Shown here: piece after piece, positions 9,848 through 19,500 of the stretch
Position numbering within the stretch: position 1 is the stretch's first letter
Layout of the letters: every line of letters starts with the position of its first letter
NCBI GenBank assembly: GCA_026395795.1
Contig: JAPLYB010000040.1
Location: 5,464 to 69,463, forward strand
DNA length: 64,000 nt
Source of the DNA: Candidatus Pacearchaeota archaeon
GTDB taxonomy: Archaea; Nanobdellota; Nanobdellia; Pacearchaeales; UBA284
Direction: 5' to 3'
The notes under the pieces: model-generated
What the model was told of the DNA's origin: nothing
The model's input: the letters and a program-made list of their open reading frames with translations, nothing else
Database searches by the model: none
Made by a program: the position numbers and the translations under genes

Positions 9848-11089
9848 CTATTTTAAACTCCAAATCATATTTCCATTCATCTCCCTTCCTTTTTTAATCT
9901 TCCCTTTTGCATTTAACTTGTTCAACCAGTAATTAACTGTAGACTCTTTTCTTTTAAGTTTTTCTTTTATTTCTTGTTTACTAGAATGACCTTCGCTTAT
10001 TAAAGAAAGAATTCTTTTTTCTGTTTCTCCATGCGCGTAGCTTTTTCTCCCGGGATTATTGACTATTTTTTTTAATTTATCCTTCTTTTTAGGATGATAA
10101 AAATTAATTTTCTCGCAGAACTTTTTTAGGTTTTCATAATGTCTGATATAAAAAGTGTATATATCAAATCCTCTTATGGTCTTATGAGTTACATCTTTTG
10201 TATCAATATCAAACTCCTTAAGCAAGATTCTCAACTCCTCTAAAAAAAATTTATTGTTAGTAGCAATTTCTATGTACCTACTTGGTGGACAAAATCTGAC
10301 ATAAGCCTCATCATCAAAAAAAGAACTTAAAAACTCCTTCTTAATGCCTTTTTCTGAATTTTTTATAAATGTTGGAACTTCTGATTTGTTTGATCTAAAA
10401 TCTTTTACGATTTGTAAGAGTATTACTGCAATAGGAGTAGGAATTGGAATATATTCAGTTTGTTTATTTATTTTCTCAACAAAATTATTAAATCTAAAAA
10501 CAGAGTTTATATCCATTTTGAATTGATCTCGGAGCTCTTTATTTTGATTATAATAGGCTGCCGTAATATATCCGTGCTTATCTATGCTCACACAACCATC
10601 ACCAAAAAAATGAGCCAATATTCTTGCTAATTCTTTGCTTAATTCAATCGGAAATTTCGGATTGATTGGTTGGCTTAAATTCCCCCCCGCACATCTTCTT
10701 GGAGGATAGTAACCTGAGCGGAGGCATATTAAATTATCTTGAATTTCTTCTTTTTTTAAATCAACTAGTTCGAATAGTTTAACCAAAACCGAAAGGGGAT
10801 ATTCTTTTTTATTTATCCAAGAATAATAAAGAAGCGAGTTTATTCCTATTTTTTTATAGACCGTCGATAGAGAACCAATCTTCTTTTTTAGTCTTAACAA
10901 AATTTTATTTGATAAATCTTCATTTATTTTAACATAAAATCTTTCTAAAGGGAGATCTAAAAGATTGATTTTAACTTCCTTGTTAGCTACTTGTGTTATT
11001 GCCATAATGATTAATGAAGTATATCGGTGTTTATAAGCTTTTTTTCTTAGAAATAAGAGATTATAAAAATGTTTTGGGAAGAAAAACAA
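9848..11089 (-). CDS. free-standing LAGLIDADG-family homing-endonuclease-like protein with C-terminal winged-helix-like region
   Basis: ILAHFFGDGCV and FLSSFFDDEAYV dodecapeptide-like motifs; C-terminal HTH-like stretch VNYWLNKLNAKGKI. Confidence 0.5.
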   Translation of the reverse strand: MFFFPKHFYNLLFLRKKAYKHRYTSLIIMAITQVANKEVKINLLDLPLERFYVKINEDLSNKILLRLKKKIGSLSTVYKKIGINSLLYYSWINKKEYPLSVLVKLFELVDLKKEEIQDNLICLRSGYYPPRRCAGGNLSQPINPKFPIELSKELARILAHFFGDGCVSIDKHGYITAAYYNQNKELRDQFKMDINSVFRFNNFVEKINKQTEYIPIPTPIAVILLQIVKDFRSNKSEVPTFIKNSEKGIKKEFLSSFFDDEAYVRFCPPSRYIEIATNNKFFLEELRILLKEFDIDTKDVTHKTIRGFDIYTFYIRHYENLKKFCEKINFYHPKKKDKLKKIVNNPGRKSYAHGETEKRILSLISEGHSSKQEIKEKLKRKESTVNYWLNKLNAKGKIKKGREMNGNMIWSLK

Positions 11090-11182
11090 GATTTTCAGAA
11101 ACGTTTATAAACCTACTTTGAATGAATTCCCAACTAATTTAATTCAATATGAATACATCTTTAATAAAAAATAAAATCTAAA

Positions 11183-11554
11183 ATGAGAAAACAAAGTTTA
11201 CTTGTAACGGTCCTGCTCTCAACTGCGTTGTTGGTTACAGGGTGCAAATCTCACATTCCTCGTGATGTTGACAATGATGGTAAACCAGATTCAGCATGGG
11301 TTAATACAGAAGGTAAACAATCAGCTCTAATCATAAAACTAAGCAGTGATTCACAATACTTAAGAGCAATTCATTTGGGGGAATATCCTACAAACCTTGA
11401 AGTGTCTGGTTATATGGACTGTAAAGAAGGGGAACATGAAATAATAGTAACACCAATAGATCACCCAATTCAAGGGCAATATCTCAGATTTTTCAATCCA
11501 AAAGTAAGGATTCGTGTAAACGCTCAAGGCGTGCCTTATAATTTAAGTTATTAA
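11183..11554 (+). CDS. small secreted lipoprotein, hypothetical
   Basis: Signal peptide with LVTGC lipobox-like motif; 123 aa. Confidence 0.4.
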   Translation: MRKQSLLVTVLLSTALLVTGCKSHIPRDVDNDGKPDSAWVNTEGKQSALIIKLSSDSQYLRAIHLGEYPTNLEVSGYMDCKEGEHEIIVTPIDHPIQGQYLRFFNPKVRIRVNAQGVPYNLSY

Positions 11555-11578
11555 TCATATTAGTCTAGCATAAAATCG

Positions 11579-13021
11579 CTAAGCATGTGCAAACCAGAAT
11601 TTGACTTTTTCATCTTTGTTGTATCTGCAATAACCCAATCCAACAAAGTAGATGATTTTTCCATCTTTCAACTTTTTTATATCAATATCAGAATTTCCTT
11701 TGACTGTTGTTGCATCTGGCATTAAAACGGCGAGTTTCCCCCTATCTGATTTTTCAAATGATGCTTTAACTGAGTTTTCTCTTATTAATTTTCGATTTTC
11801 CGAATATAAAATATCAATCGGGACAGTAATTTCATTCTGGTTTATTCCAAGACTTATGATAAATTTTCTGATTGTTTCAGGCAGAATCCCTCGCTTTTCT
11901 AAACTTTGTAGACTCCATAACCTTGGATCATTCCAGCCAAAGTAATTTCCAGATGCGATCTCTTTCTGTCCTTTGCTTTTTGAAAGTTTTACACCTTCAA
12001 ATTGTAATAGTCCAGTGTGAATAAAAACAGGGTGTTTCCAGCCAAAGATGTCCATGATATGTTTTTCCATATCTGTTTCAATCATTAATTCTTTTCCTCT
12101 TAAAACATGAGTCATTTCAAGAACATGATCATCAATTGCCCAAGAAAACTCAAGCAATGGCCAAACTTTATATTTCTTCTTGACTTTTGGATGTTCTCTT
12201 TCTGAAATTCTGAACAATACGCGGTCTCTAAAAGCTGGATTTGGAGAGGACATTGAAGTTTTGATTCTTAATGTAGCTTTTCCCTCTTTCATTTCAAACA
12301 TTTTCTTCCATTCTTTCATTGCTTGCGCAGGAGTTTGTTTCCTATGTTCACATTCTTTCTCATTTTTCCTATTCTCTCTTAATTCATCAGCAGAACAATA
12401 GCAGACATATGCTTGTCCTTTCTTAATAATTTCTTCAGCATATTTGTAATATAATTCAAGCCTGTCTGATTTATGAATTACAGGTTTGTTATACTTGACT
12501 CCTAACCATTTAGCTCCTTCTTCAATCATGCCATATGCTTCAAGAATGATTTGTTTTTCTTCACTTCCTATTGTATCATCTATGATTAACAAAAGTTTTC
12601 CATCATATCTCTTAACATACTCATCATTCAACAACAACTGTCTCGCGTTTCCAATATGCAAGGGTCCAGAGGGATATGGTGCAATTCTCATAACAACTTT
12701 TCCTTTCTTAGCTTCTTTTTTGTCCCCTTTCTCAGTATCAGGAAGTTCTGGAAGCTCGCCCTCTTCTCTGACATCTCTATGAGAAACCTCATCAGATTCT
12801 TTAGCAAATTGTTTTTGCTGCTCTTCAATTTTCATGGAATTAACTTTTTTCAGAGTTTCCTGAATAAAAGGCATTATCTCTTTAACCTGGGCTTTTTCTA
12901 AACCCTCATGAAACAAAGGGCTTAAAACCGCTCCAATTTGGGCCTTGCCCTCGTGCTCAATTGCATTTTTCAAAGCATATGCAAGTATTTTTTCACCATA
13001 TTTCTTTTTCAAGTCAACCAT
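11579..13021 (-). CDS. gltX: glutamyl-tRNA synthetase (archaeal type) with ~100 aa N-terminal appended helical domain
   Basis: RIAPYPSGPLHIGNAR class-I HIGH region closely matching archaeal GluRS, VKLSKSKG KMSKS-like motif. Confidence 0.7.
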   Translation of the reverse strand: MVDLKKKYGEKILAYALKNAIEHEGKAQIGAVLSPLFHEGLEKAQVKEIMPFIQETLKKVNSMKIEEQQKQFAKESDEVSHRDVREEGELPELPDTEKGDKKEAKKGKVVMRIAPYPSGPLHIGNARQLLLNDEYVKRYDGKLLLIIDDTIGSEEKQIILEAYGMIEEGAKWLGVKYNKPVIHKSDRLELYYKYAEEIIKKGQAYVCYCSADELRENRKNEKECEHRKQTPAQAMKEWKKMFEMKEGKATLRIKTSMSSPNPAFRDRVLFRISEREHPKVKKKYKVWPLLEFSWAIDDHVLEMTHVLRGKELMIETDMEKHIMDIFGWKHPVFIHTGLLQFEGVKLSKSKGQKEIASGNYFGWNDPRLWSLQSLEKRGILPETIRKFIISLGINQNEITVPIDILYSENRKLIRENSVKASFEKSDRGKLAVLMPDATTVKGNSDIDIKKLKDGKIIYFVGLGYCRYNKDEKVKFWFAHA

Positions 13022-13071
13022 ATACGATGAATTACAGTAATATATTTAAAGGTGTTGTTTTTCGTTGGTTC

Positions 13072-13401
13072 ATGGGCAACAAAAACACACAAACCATTGT
13101 ATCTCCAACAATAGATGATGCCATAAAGGCAGTAAAGGATTATAATCAATTAAGCGGAAGAACAAAAGTAAACATCGGATTAATTGCCGCAGCAATATCC
13201 ATGGGTTACGTCCGTGTTCAGGATGGAGACAGAGCAGCTGCTGCAGAATCTGCAACTGAAGTAGAGGGGTTATTAAAACAAATGGGAAATTTTGGAAAAG
13301 GACCGTTTGGAAAGAAAGTTAGAGTATACCTTAGAGACTTACGTGCCGGAAAACGAGATTACGAGATTGAATCCGGGGATTATTTTGAAGAATTTGTTTA
13401 A
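13072..13401 (+). CDS. hypothetical protein (start trimmed to MGNKNTQ; ORF-track start 12961 would overlap gltX)
   Basis: ORF; upstream in-frame extension overlaps the divergent gltX start. Confidence 0.35.
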   Translation: MGNKNTQTIVSPTIDDAIKAVKDYNQLSGRTKVNIGLIAAAISMGYVRVQDGDRAAAAESATEVEGLLKQMGNFGKGPFGKKVRVYLRDLRAGKRDYEIESGDYFEEFV

Positions 13402-13430
13402 GACTAGACTTTATTAAACATAATAAAAAA

Positions 13431-13958
13431 ATGTCAAAAGAATTTGAAGCACATGTTCTTGATGTGAATGTTGAAGAGATAAAAAAGAAACTCAGAGACT
13501 TGGGAGCAGAAGAAGAGCCAGAAGTCCTGATAAAACGTTGGGTTTTTAACATTAGTGATGAAAAGAACGAATGGATTAGATTAAGAGATGATGGAAAGAA
13601 GATAACGATAGCATACAAATGTAAAACAGGTCAAGGAATTTCAGAAACAGAAGAAATAGAAATTAAAGTAGAAGATTTTGATAAAACCGCAGAGATTCTC
13701 TCAAAATTAAATTTCAAAGACAGTTATTATCAAGAAAACAAGAGGCATTTCTTCAAATTAAAAGATATTGAATTTTGTATTGATACTTGGCCAAAAATTC
13801 CTTCTCATCTTGAAATTGAATCTTCAAGTGAAGAAAAAGTTATTGAGGGTCTCGGGCTTTTGGGATTAGAAGGAAAAGATGTTGGAAATTTAAGCATAAA
13901 AGACATCTATAAAAAATACAACATTGATTTGCACTCATTTAAAGAACTTAAATTCTAA
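13431..13958 (+). CDS. CYTH-domain protein (class IV adenylate cyclase / triphosphatase-like)
   Basis: N-terminal EFEAHVLDVNVEEIKKKLRDLGA resembling the CyaB/CYTH ExExK core; 175 aa. Confidence 0.5.
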   Translation: MSKEFEAHVLDVNVEEIKKKLRDLGAEEEPEVLIKRWVFNISDEKNEWIRLRDDGKKITIAYKCKTGQGISETEEIEIKVEDFDKTAEILSKLNFKDSYYQENKRHFFKLKDIEFCIDTWPKIPSHLEIESSSEEKVIEGLGLLGLEGKDVGNLSIKDIYKKYNIDLHSFKELKF

Positions 13959-13964
13959 AATTAT

Positions 13965-14513
13965 TTAAGATATTTCTCTGAGGGGTTCTGTTTCATAACA
14001 AATCCTATCATGACAAGAAGTCTTATTAGTCCTTAACACCAGAGTGCCATCATCAATTAATCCTTGATATTCCTTTATTGTAAAAGGAGGATAATCTGCA
14101 TAAGAAGTGTCTCCTGCGTTTCTTGGAATAAATTTTAATCTTTCGTCACATTGGCTCCCGTCTATCCTCACCTCATCTCCACTAACTGTTGCATTTATCC
14201 ACCTTGTGCCTTTGCTTCCATTGATATCATATCTTTCAGCAACGCATTCGTAAAAGCTATGAACTCCAAGAGTGTCATCGCTTGTGTAATCAGCATAACC
14301 ATAACCTAATATTCCGTCTTCAAAGAGAATTCTTGCATTAACTTCCCTTGATGCTCCAGAACTAATCATATCAGAATAAAGTGTTATCACAATGTCATTT
14401 GGCAAATGGCTTTTATTAGTTTCACATCCAAAAATAAAAAAGGAACAAACCAAGGTTAGTCCAATAATCAATAATAAAAAATAATTTTTCATTGTATATA
14501 AACTGTTTATCAA
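13965..14513 (-). CDS. secreted hypothetical protein
   Basis: N-terminal signal/TM LLLIIGLTLVCSFFIFGC; 182 aa. Confidence 0.4.
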   Translation of the reverse strand: MINSLYTMKNYFLLLIIGLTLVCSFFIFGCETNKSHLPNDIVITLYSDMISSGASREVNARILFEDGILGYGYADYTSDDTLGVHSFYECVAERYDINGSKGTRWINATVSGDEVRIDGSQCDERLKFIPRNAGDTSYADYPPFTIKEYQGLIDDGTLVLRTNKTSCHDRICYETEPLREIS

Positions 14514-14525
14514 GATTTTACTTTC

Positions 14526-14903
14526 TTACTTCCTTAGATACAATTCAATCTTTGTTGGATCTTTCTTAATCTCACGAACAACTGTTGCAGGTCCGATAAT
14601 TGTTAAAGAATCCCTATTCCCTACAAGGGCATTAGCCATTTTTTCTCTAAGACCCTGAAAAATAGTCAGGTTCTTTGTCTGAGGCACAAAACTGGTGAGC
14701 TCTATGCCTTTAAATTTGGAAGACCTTCCAATCTTTCTCATTGTCTCTTCAATCAAATCAGCTTCTTCTTGTGGCTCAAGTTTTCCTTGAATAAGAATGA
14801 TTTTATTCTCCTCAGCCATTTCAATTAACTTCTTAACTCTTTTATAACTGCTTAAATACGCGAGTTCTCCAAATGGAATAAACTGAATTGTTACGTCTTT
14901 CAT
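14526..14903 (-). CDS. small conserved protein co-transcribed with GTPase (DUF2073-like)
   Basis: 125 aa ORF 18 nt downstream of GTPase gene on the same strand. Confidence 0.35.
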   Translation of the reverse strand: MKDVTIQFIPFGELAYLSSYKRVKKLIEMAEENKIILIQGKLEPQEEADLIEETMRKIGRSSKFKGIELTSFVPQTKNLTIFQGLREKMANALVGNRDSLTIIGPATVVREIKKDPTKIELYLRK

Positions 14904-14921
14904 TTTATTTTACCTCTTATT

Positions 14922-15560
14922 TTAAACTTTTTTAATTAAATTAAATAACGAGTCATAAAACTCGTCTATGTTCTTTCCTTGTTTTGCTGATATTCCAACT
15001 ACCCCATACTCTGGGAATGCTGCTTCTATTTTTTTTGTATCAGCTCCTCTTAAATCAATTTTATTAGCTGCAATAAGCACTGGAATCTTTCTAGCCACTA
15101 GGTTTCCGATTATTGTAACATTAACTTGAGTGTAAGGATTTTTAGTTGAATCAAGCACAATAACAACAGCATCAACATCATCTAACCATTTAATTGCATC
15201 TATAACCCCTTTTGTGGCTTCCTTAGCTCTTTGTTTAGCTTCCTTTGAATTTAAACCGTATGCTAAGAAGTCTTCATAATCAATTCTAGTTGCAATTCCA
15301 GGAGTGTCAATTAACTTGAATGTGGCTTGTTTTCCATTATGTTTGATATTGACTTTTTCTTTAAATTGAACATTCCTTGTTTCATGAGGAACCTTAGAAG
15401 CTGAACCGAGTTCCTCTCCAATCCAATCTAAACATATCTTGTTTGCAAGTGTTGTTTTTCCAGAGTTTGGGGGTCCATAAAAACCAATCTTTACATTTTT
15501 CTTGGTTTTAAAAACATCTTCGAAAAATCTTTTGAAAAAACTCACAAAATTATTAGCCAT
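14922..15560 (-). CDS. small GTP-binding protein (MMR_HSR1/Era-like GTPase)
   Basis: G1 GPPNSGKTT, G3 DTPG, G4 NKID motifs. Confidence 0.7.
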   Translation of the reverse strand: MANNFVSFFKRFFEDVFKTKKNVKIGFYGPPNSGKTTLANKICLDWIGEELGSASKVPHETRNVQFKEKVNIKHNGKQATFKLIDTPGIATRIDYEDFLAYGLNSKEAKQRAKEATKGVIDAIKWLDDVDAVVIVLDSTKNPYTQVNVTIIGNLVARKIPVLIAANKIDLRGADTKKIEAAFPEYGVVGISAKQGKNIDEFYDSLFNLIKKV

Positions 15561-15700
15561 TTTTTCTTAACACATACCCATTTTAATTTTTATTAAAAGT
15601 GTAGCAATATTTAAACCTTGCTATTTCATAAAGAAGATTTAAAGAATATTTGCCCTCGACAACATCACAAAAAATATTACAATTCAGTAGCAAAATTAAC

Positions 15701-16513
15701 TCACTGTTTTCTTTCTTTAGCAAACAACAAAAATGTGATAGTCATTGCAATAGTTATCAAGATTGCGCTTATAATCCATCCAACATAAGGAATAAACAAA
15801 ACCAGCACACTCATGATTAAAAAAAGAAGCATCAAGAATAACATTGAGAAGAAATTATGCCCGACAATAGAAAAGCTTCGTTTCATTGCTTTCCATACAT
15901 TAGAGTCTTCTAAAATCATAGAATATGATGTTAAAGAGAAGAAAAGATAAAAGATAAAGAGGATTATCACCTCAAAAATAGAATAGATAGATAATGCGGT
16001 CTTAAGGATTGGATCAATAGCAACTGAAGGCAAAGATAGGATAACAGCCAAAATAAAGAAGATTATATTAAACAAGATATTAAACAAAAAGATCCTTCCC
16101 AAGAATTTCATTCCATATTTATTCATCTCGCTTAATCCTGTTTTTTTATTCTTTTCATAAAATTCCTTCATCATCCCAATTATTCCTCCATTGAAGTAGG
16201 ATGTTACAATCAAGAATACTAAGAGGAATAACACAGCCATTACAATCAAAAGGACAATGGTTCCAGGAGTTTCTAGATTAGCTAACATATCATTCACAAT
16301 TTGAGTAGAAGTTGCAGTATCAATTGTTTCTGAAAACAATTGAGTGAATGGTACTCCAAGAATCTTTAAAAAAACAAATATTCCCAAAAGAACAAGTATC
16401 AAAGATAAAATCAAAGAAAATAGGGCTGGAAGTATAACTCTTGGATTTGCAAATACTCCTTTAAAACCTTCACCAATCAATTCGAAAATATTTCTTTTTT
16501 TTGTTTGTACCAT
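15701..16513 (-). CDS. polytopic membrane protein, hypothetical
   Basis: ~6 hydrophobic helices, 270 aa. Confidence 0.45.
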   Translation of the reverse strand: MVQTKKRNIFELIGEGFKGVFANPRVILPALFSLILSLILVLLGIFVFLKILGVPFTQLFSETIDTATSTQIVNDMLANLETPGTIVLLIVMAVLFLLVFLIVTSYFNGGIIGMMKEFYEKNKKTGLSEMNKYGMKFLGRIFLFNILFNIIFFILAVILSLPSVAIDPILKTALSIYSIFEVIILFIFYLFFSLTSYSMILEDSNVWKAMKRSFSIVGHNFFSMLFLMLLFLIMSVLVLFIPYVGWIISAILITIAMTITFLLFAKERKQ

Positions 16514-16559
16514 CTTTTTTATTGATATATTATAATAAAGACCTATTTAAAATGTACAC

Positions 16560-19500
16560 CTAATCTAAGCCTTTTGGAATGATCACAGTGCAGTCTGTTT
16601 CTTTTCCAACACCATTTCCGCAGGTATCATAACACTTAACATACCATGGCTTATCATCCCAACTAGTTCTATGTTCAAAACTTCCAGTTGTTTCAAATTT
16701 TTCTGACTCAAGTGTTTTGTTTGCAGCAAAAATACAAGTGTTTATCTTTTTTCCAAACGAATAATGATATGAACAGATTGCTTCTTCATTTGTTTTCAGA
16801 ACAAGGTCGTTCCCTTCTTTGTAAAGTCTGATTATCTCAGGGGTATCATGATCTTCATAAACATCTAAGTTAATCTGTGCTAAAGCATTATTAAAAGCAG
16901 TATCGACACATTTGATGTAGATTGTTACAGTGCCTCGAACTGGGATATCTTCTATAACCGCATTTGTTGAATGAGTGTTTGCATATGTGATTGAAAACTT
17001 CTTCATTCCTTCATTAAACCCTTTAGTTGACCAATAACATGTCGCATTTCCACTATCAGAGCCATCTGAAGTAGAAACCATTAAAGGAACTGTTGCAGAT
17101 ACATTGCATCCAGATATCTGTGTGCCATTTTCTGGATTAATGCTGGATATTTTTAATTCTGGTGATGCAAAAAGTTTTAATAAATAACTTTGCTGCATTT
17201 CATTTCCAGCTGTATCATTGCATCTGATATAAATCGGATTGACAATTCCACTTGGTTCAGAGATCAGCTCTGTTAGATTTGTTTGACATTTCCATCCGCC
17301 CAATGTCAAGTTTGATTGACATTGAGTAACATTATTCATTATTCCATATTCCTGATCTTCTTTAGCCCATCTGCAGCTTGAGTTCTCATTAACATATATC
17401 GTCAATGGGACTTGAGTCACATTAAATGCAAATTTATTATAATACTCTCTATCAGTAGCTGTGACAACTGGTGGAGTTAAATCAGGACCAGCAGTAACAT
17501 TAAAGATAAATGTGTAAGCTGCAATGTTTGTGTTTCCATAAGCATTTGCACATCTCACATAAACATATGGTATTGATTGATGAATTGGAAACTGTTGTCG
17601 AAGTTCTTTTCTCAAAACCGTGCTTTCATATGGAAAGTCCATATCACTGAAATTTGCAGTCAACTGAATATCCCATTTACAAACAGCATCTTCACTCAAA
17701 TTGATTTTTATCATCAATTGAGTATAATCTGGAATTCCTTTTCCAGTTCCATTTGACATATCAATAAGAATTGTTGTTGGTGTTGTTCCGAGACTTGAGT
17801 TAAGATATACTACTTCATTATTCTGCACATTTCTTGCTTCAACTATAGTTATCCAAGGTGCTTTTCCAGTATTTTGTTGAGCAACACACCTGCCATCTGC
17901 AACAGAATAACTTGTTCCGCTTACATTTACACTATCAACAAACATACATGCCTGCCCTAAACTTTCGCATCTGTATTTTGAACATGGCCTGTTCGCATCA
18001 TTATTGCATAATTCACAATCCTCATTTCCTGCAGGAGGAAGTGAAGGATTACATTGCACTTCGTAATATTTCTCATCATATGAAGCATAATAAATTAATG
18101 CAGTAATAGCAGTAACTAAAACAGTAATTCCCAGCACAACCCAAAAAACAGGCGCAGCACCCGCGGCAAACATTATGATTGTGTAGCCTCCCGAAGCAAT
18201 CATACTCATTCCAGAAGCAATCAATGACCCTTGTTCAAATCCAGGTCCCCTATTGCCAGTAAAAGCTAAGATAATCATGACTATTCCTGCAGCAACCATA
18301 AGAGAACCCATGACTATTCCAGCAAGTTGAGCTGCCTTTGACATTCCAACTGCAGTTGCCTTAGTTGCAATTGTCGCCGCTCCTTCACCAGCAACTTTTG
18401 CATTAATGCCTACAACAGCTTCGTTAACTACAGCATACGGACTGTTTACAGTAACGATACCAGCAGTTTGCATACCAACACTACCAACATTCCCTCCAGC
18501 AATTTCAAAGCCCCCTGTAGCGAGCTGTTTTATGACAAGGGGATTATTTGCAGCAGCCTCAAAAAGCTGATTATTAAACATAACAACTCCTTGCTTGACA
18601 GTTCCAGAAATTATCTGTGTTCCAGTAGCTAATGAACCACTAGCAATCGTTGAACCAACAGTTAATGCAGTTCCGGCCCCTATTACAGCACCCTGTTGAA
18701 ATGTAGTACCTGCCGTGCTTGCAACAGCCGCTGGTGAAAATAATATTTTTCCAACGTGTGATAACTTAGTCGCTCCTGCTAAGACAGCTGTAAGAGCAAG
18801 ATATCCCGCAAAAGACGCACCCATTGTTGTAGCAAACCACCCAACATATCGTCCAAATTTTCCCCAGCCAGTGGCTTCTTTTATAGATGGTTCATTCCAA
18901 CTAGATTCTACATACCCTAAATACTTTCCATACGCTTCTGGCAATCCTAAATCTTTTTTCCCTCTTGTTTGATTTGTTGAATTTTCATCAGGTTTTTTAT
19001 CAAATTCTATAACACTAAATCCAGAAGTATTCTTTTTATTATAATTAAACCATGTTCCACAATCCCCTAAAGATTTACATCTATGAGCCATATAAGTATA
19101 AAATTCATCACTTAAGCATTCTGAATTAAATGTATCTGCTCCCCAAAAAGATTGTTTATATTGACAAATATAACTCCCCAGATTCCCGCAAATCTCTTCT
19201 TTATTGTCAAAACCATTTGTTCCTTCATCTAGTCCAGGAGGATACCTCGGCAAACAAATCGGCTTGATTGGCATCCCTTCTTTTGTTGTTCCGAATACGA
19301 CCCAGTTATTTATTTCAGAGAGACTGGTTGTAACATTCAAGAAAAGGTTTCCTTTACTGTCTTTATAATCTCTGACTTCATCCCACCAATAACAAAAAGT
19401 ATTAGAGTTGCAATCCTCTTTAGTAGATATGTTGCTGCATGATGCCCAAGAATTATCAACACAAACAGAATAACCTAATTGTCCAGATCCATCAGAATTA

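Noticed and set aside
12961-13071. Upstream part of ORF 12961..13401
   Set aside because: Would overlap the divergent gltX start by 60 nt; internal ATG at 13072 used instead.
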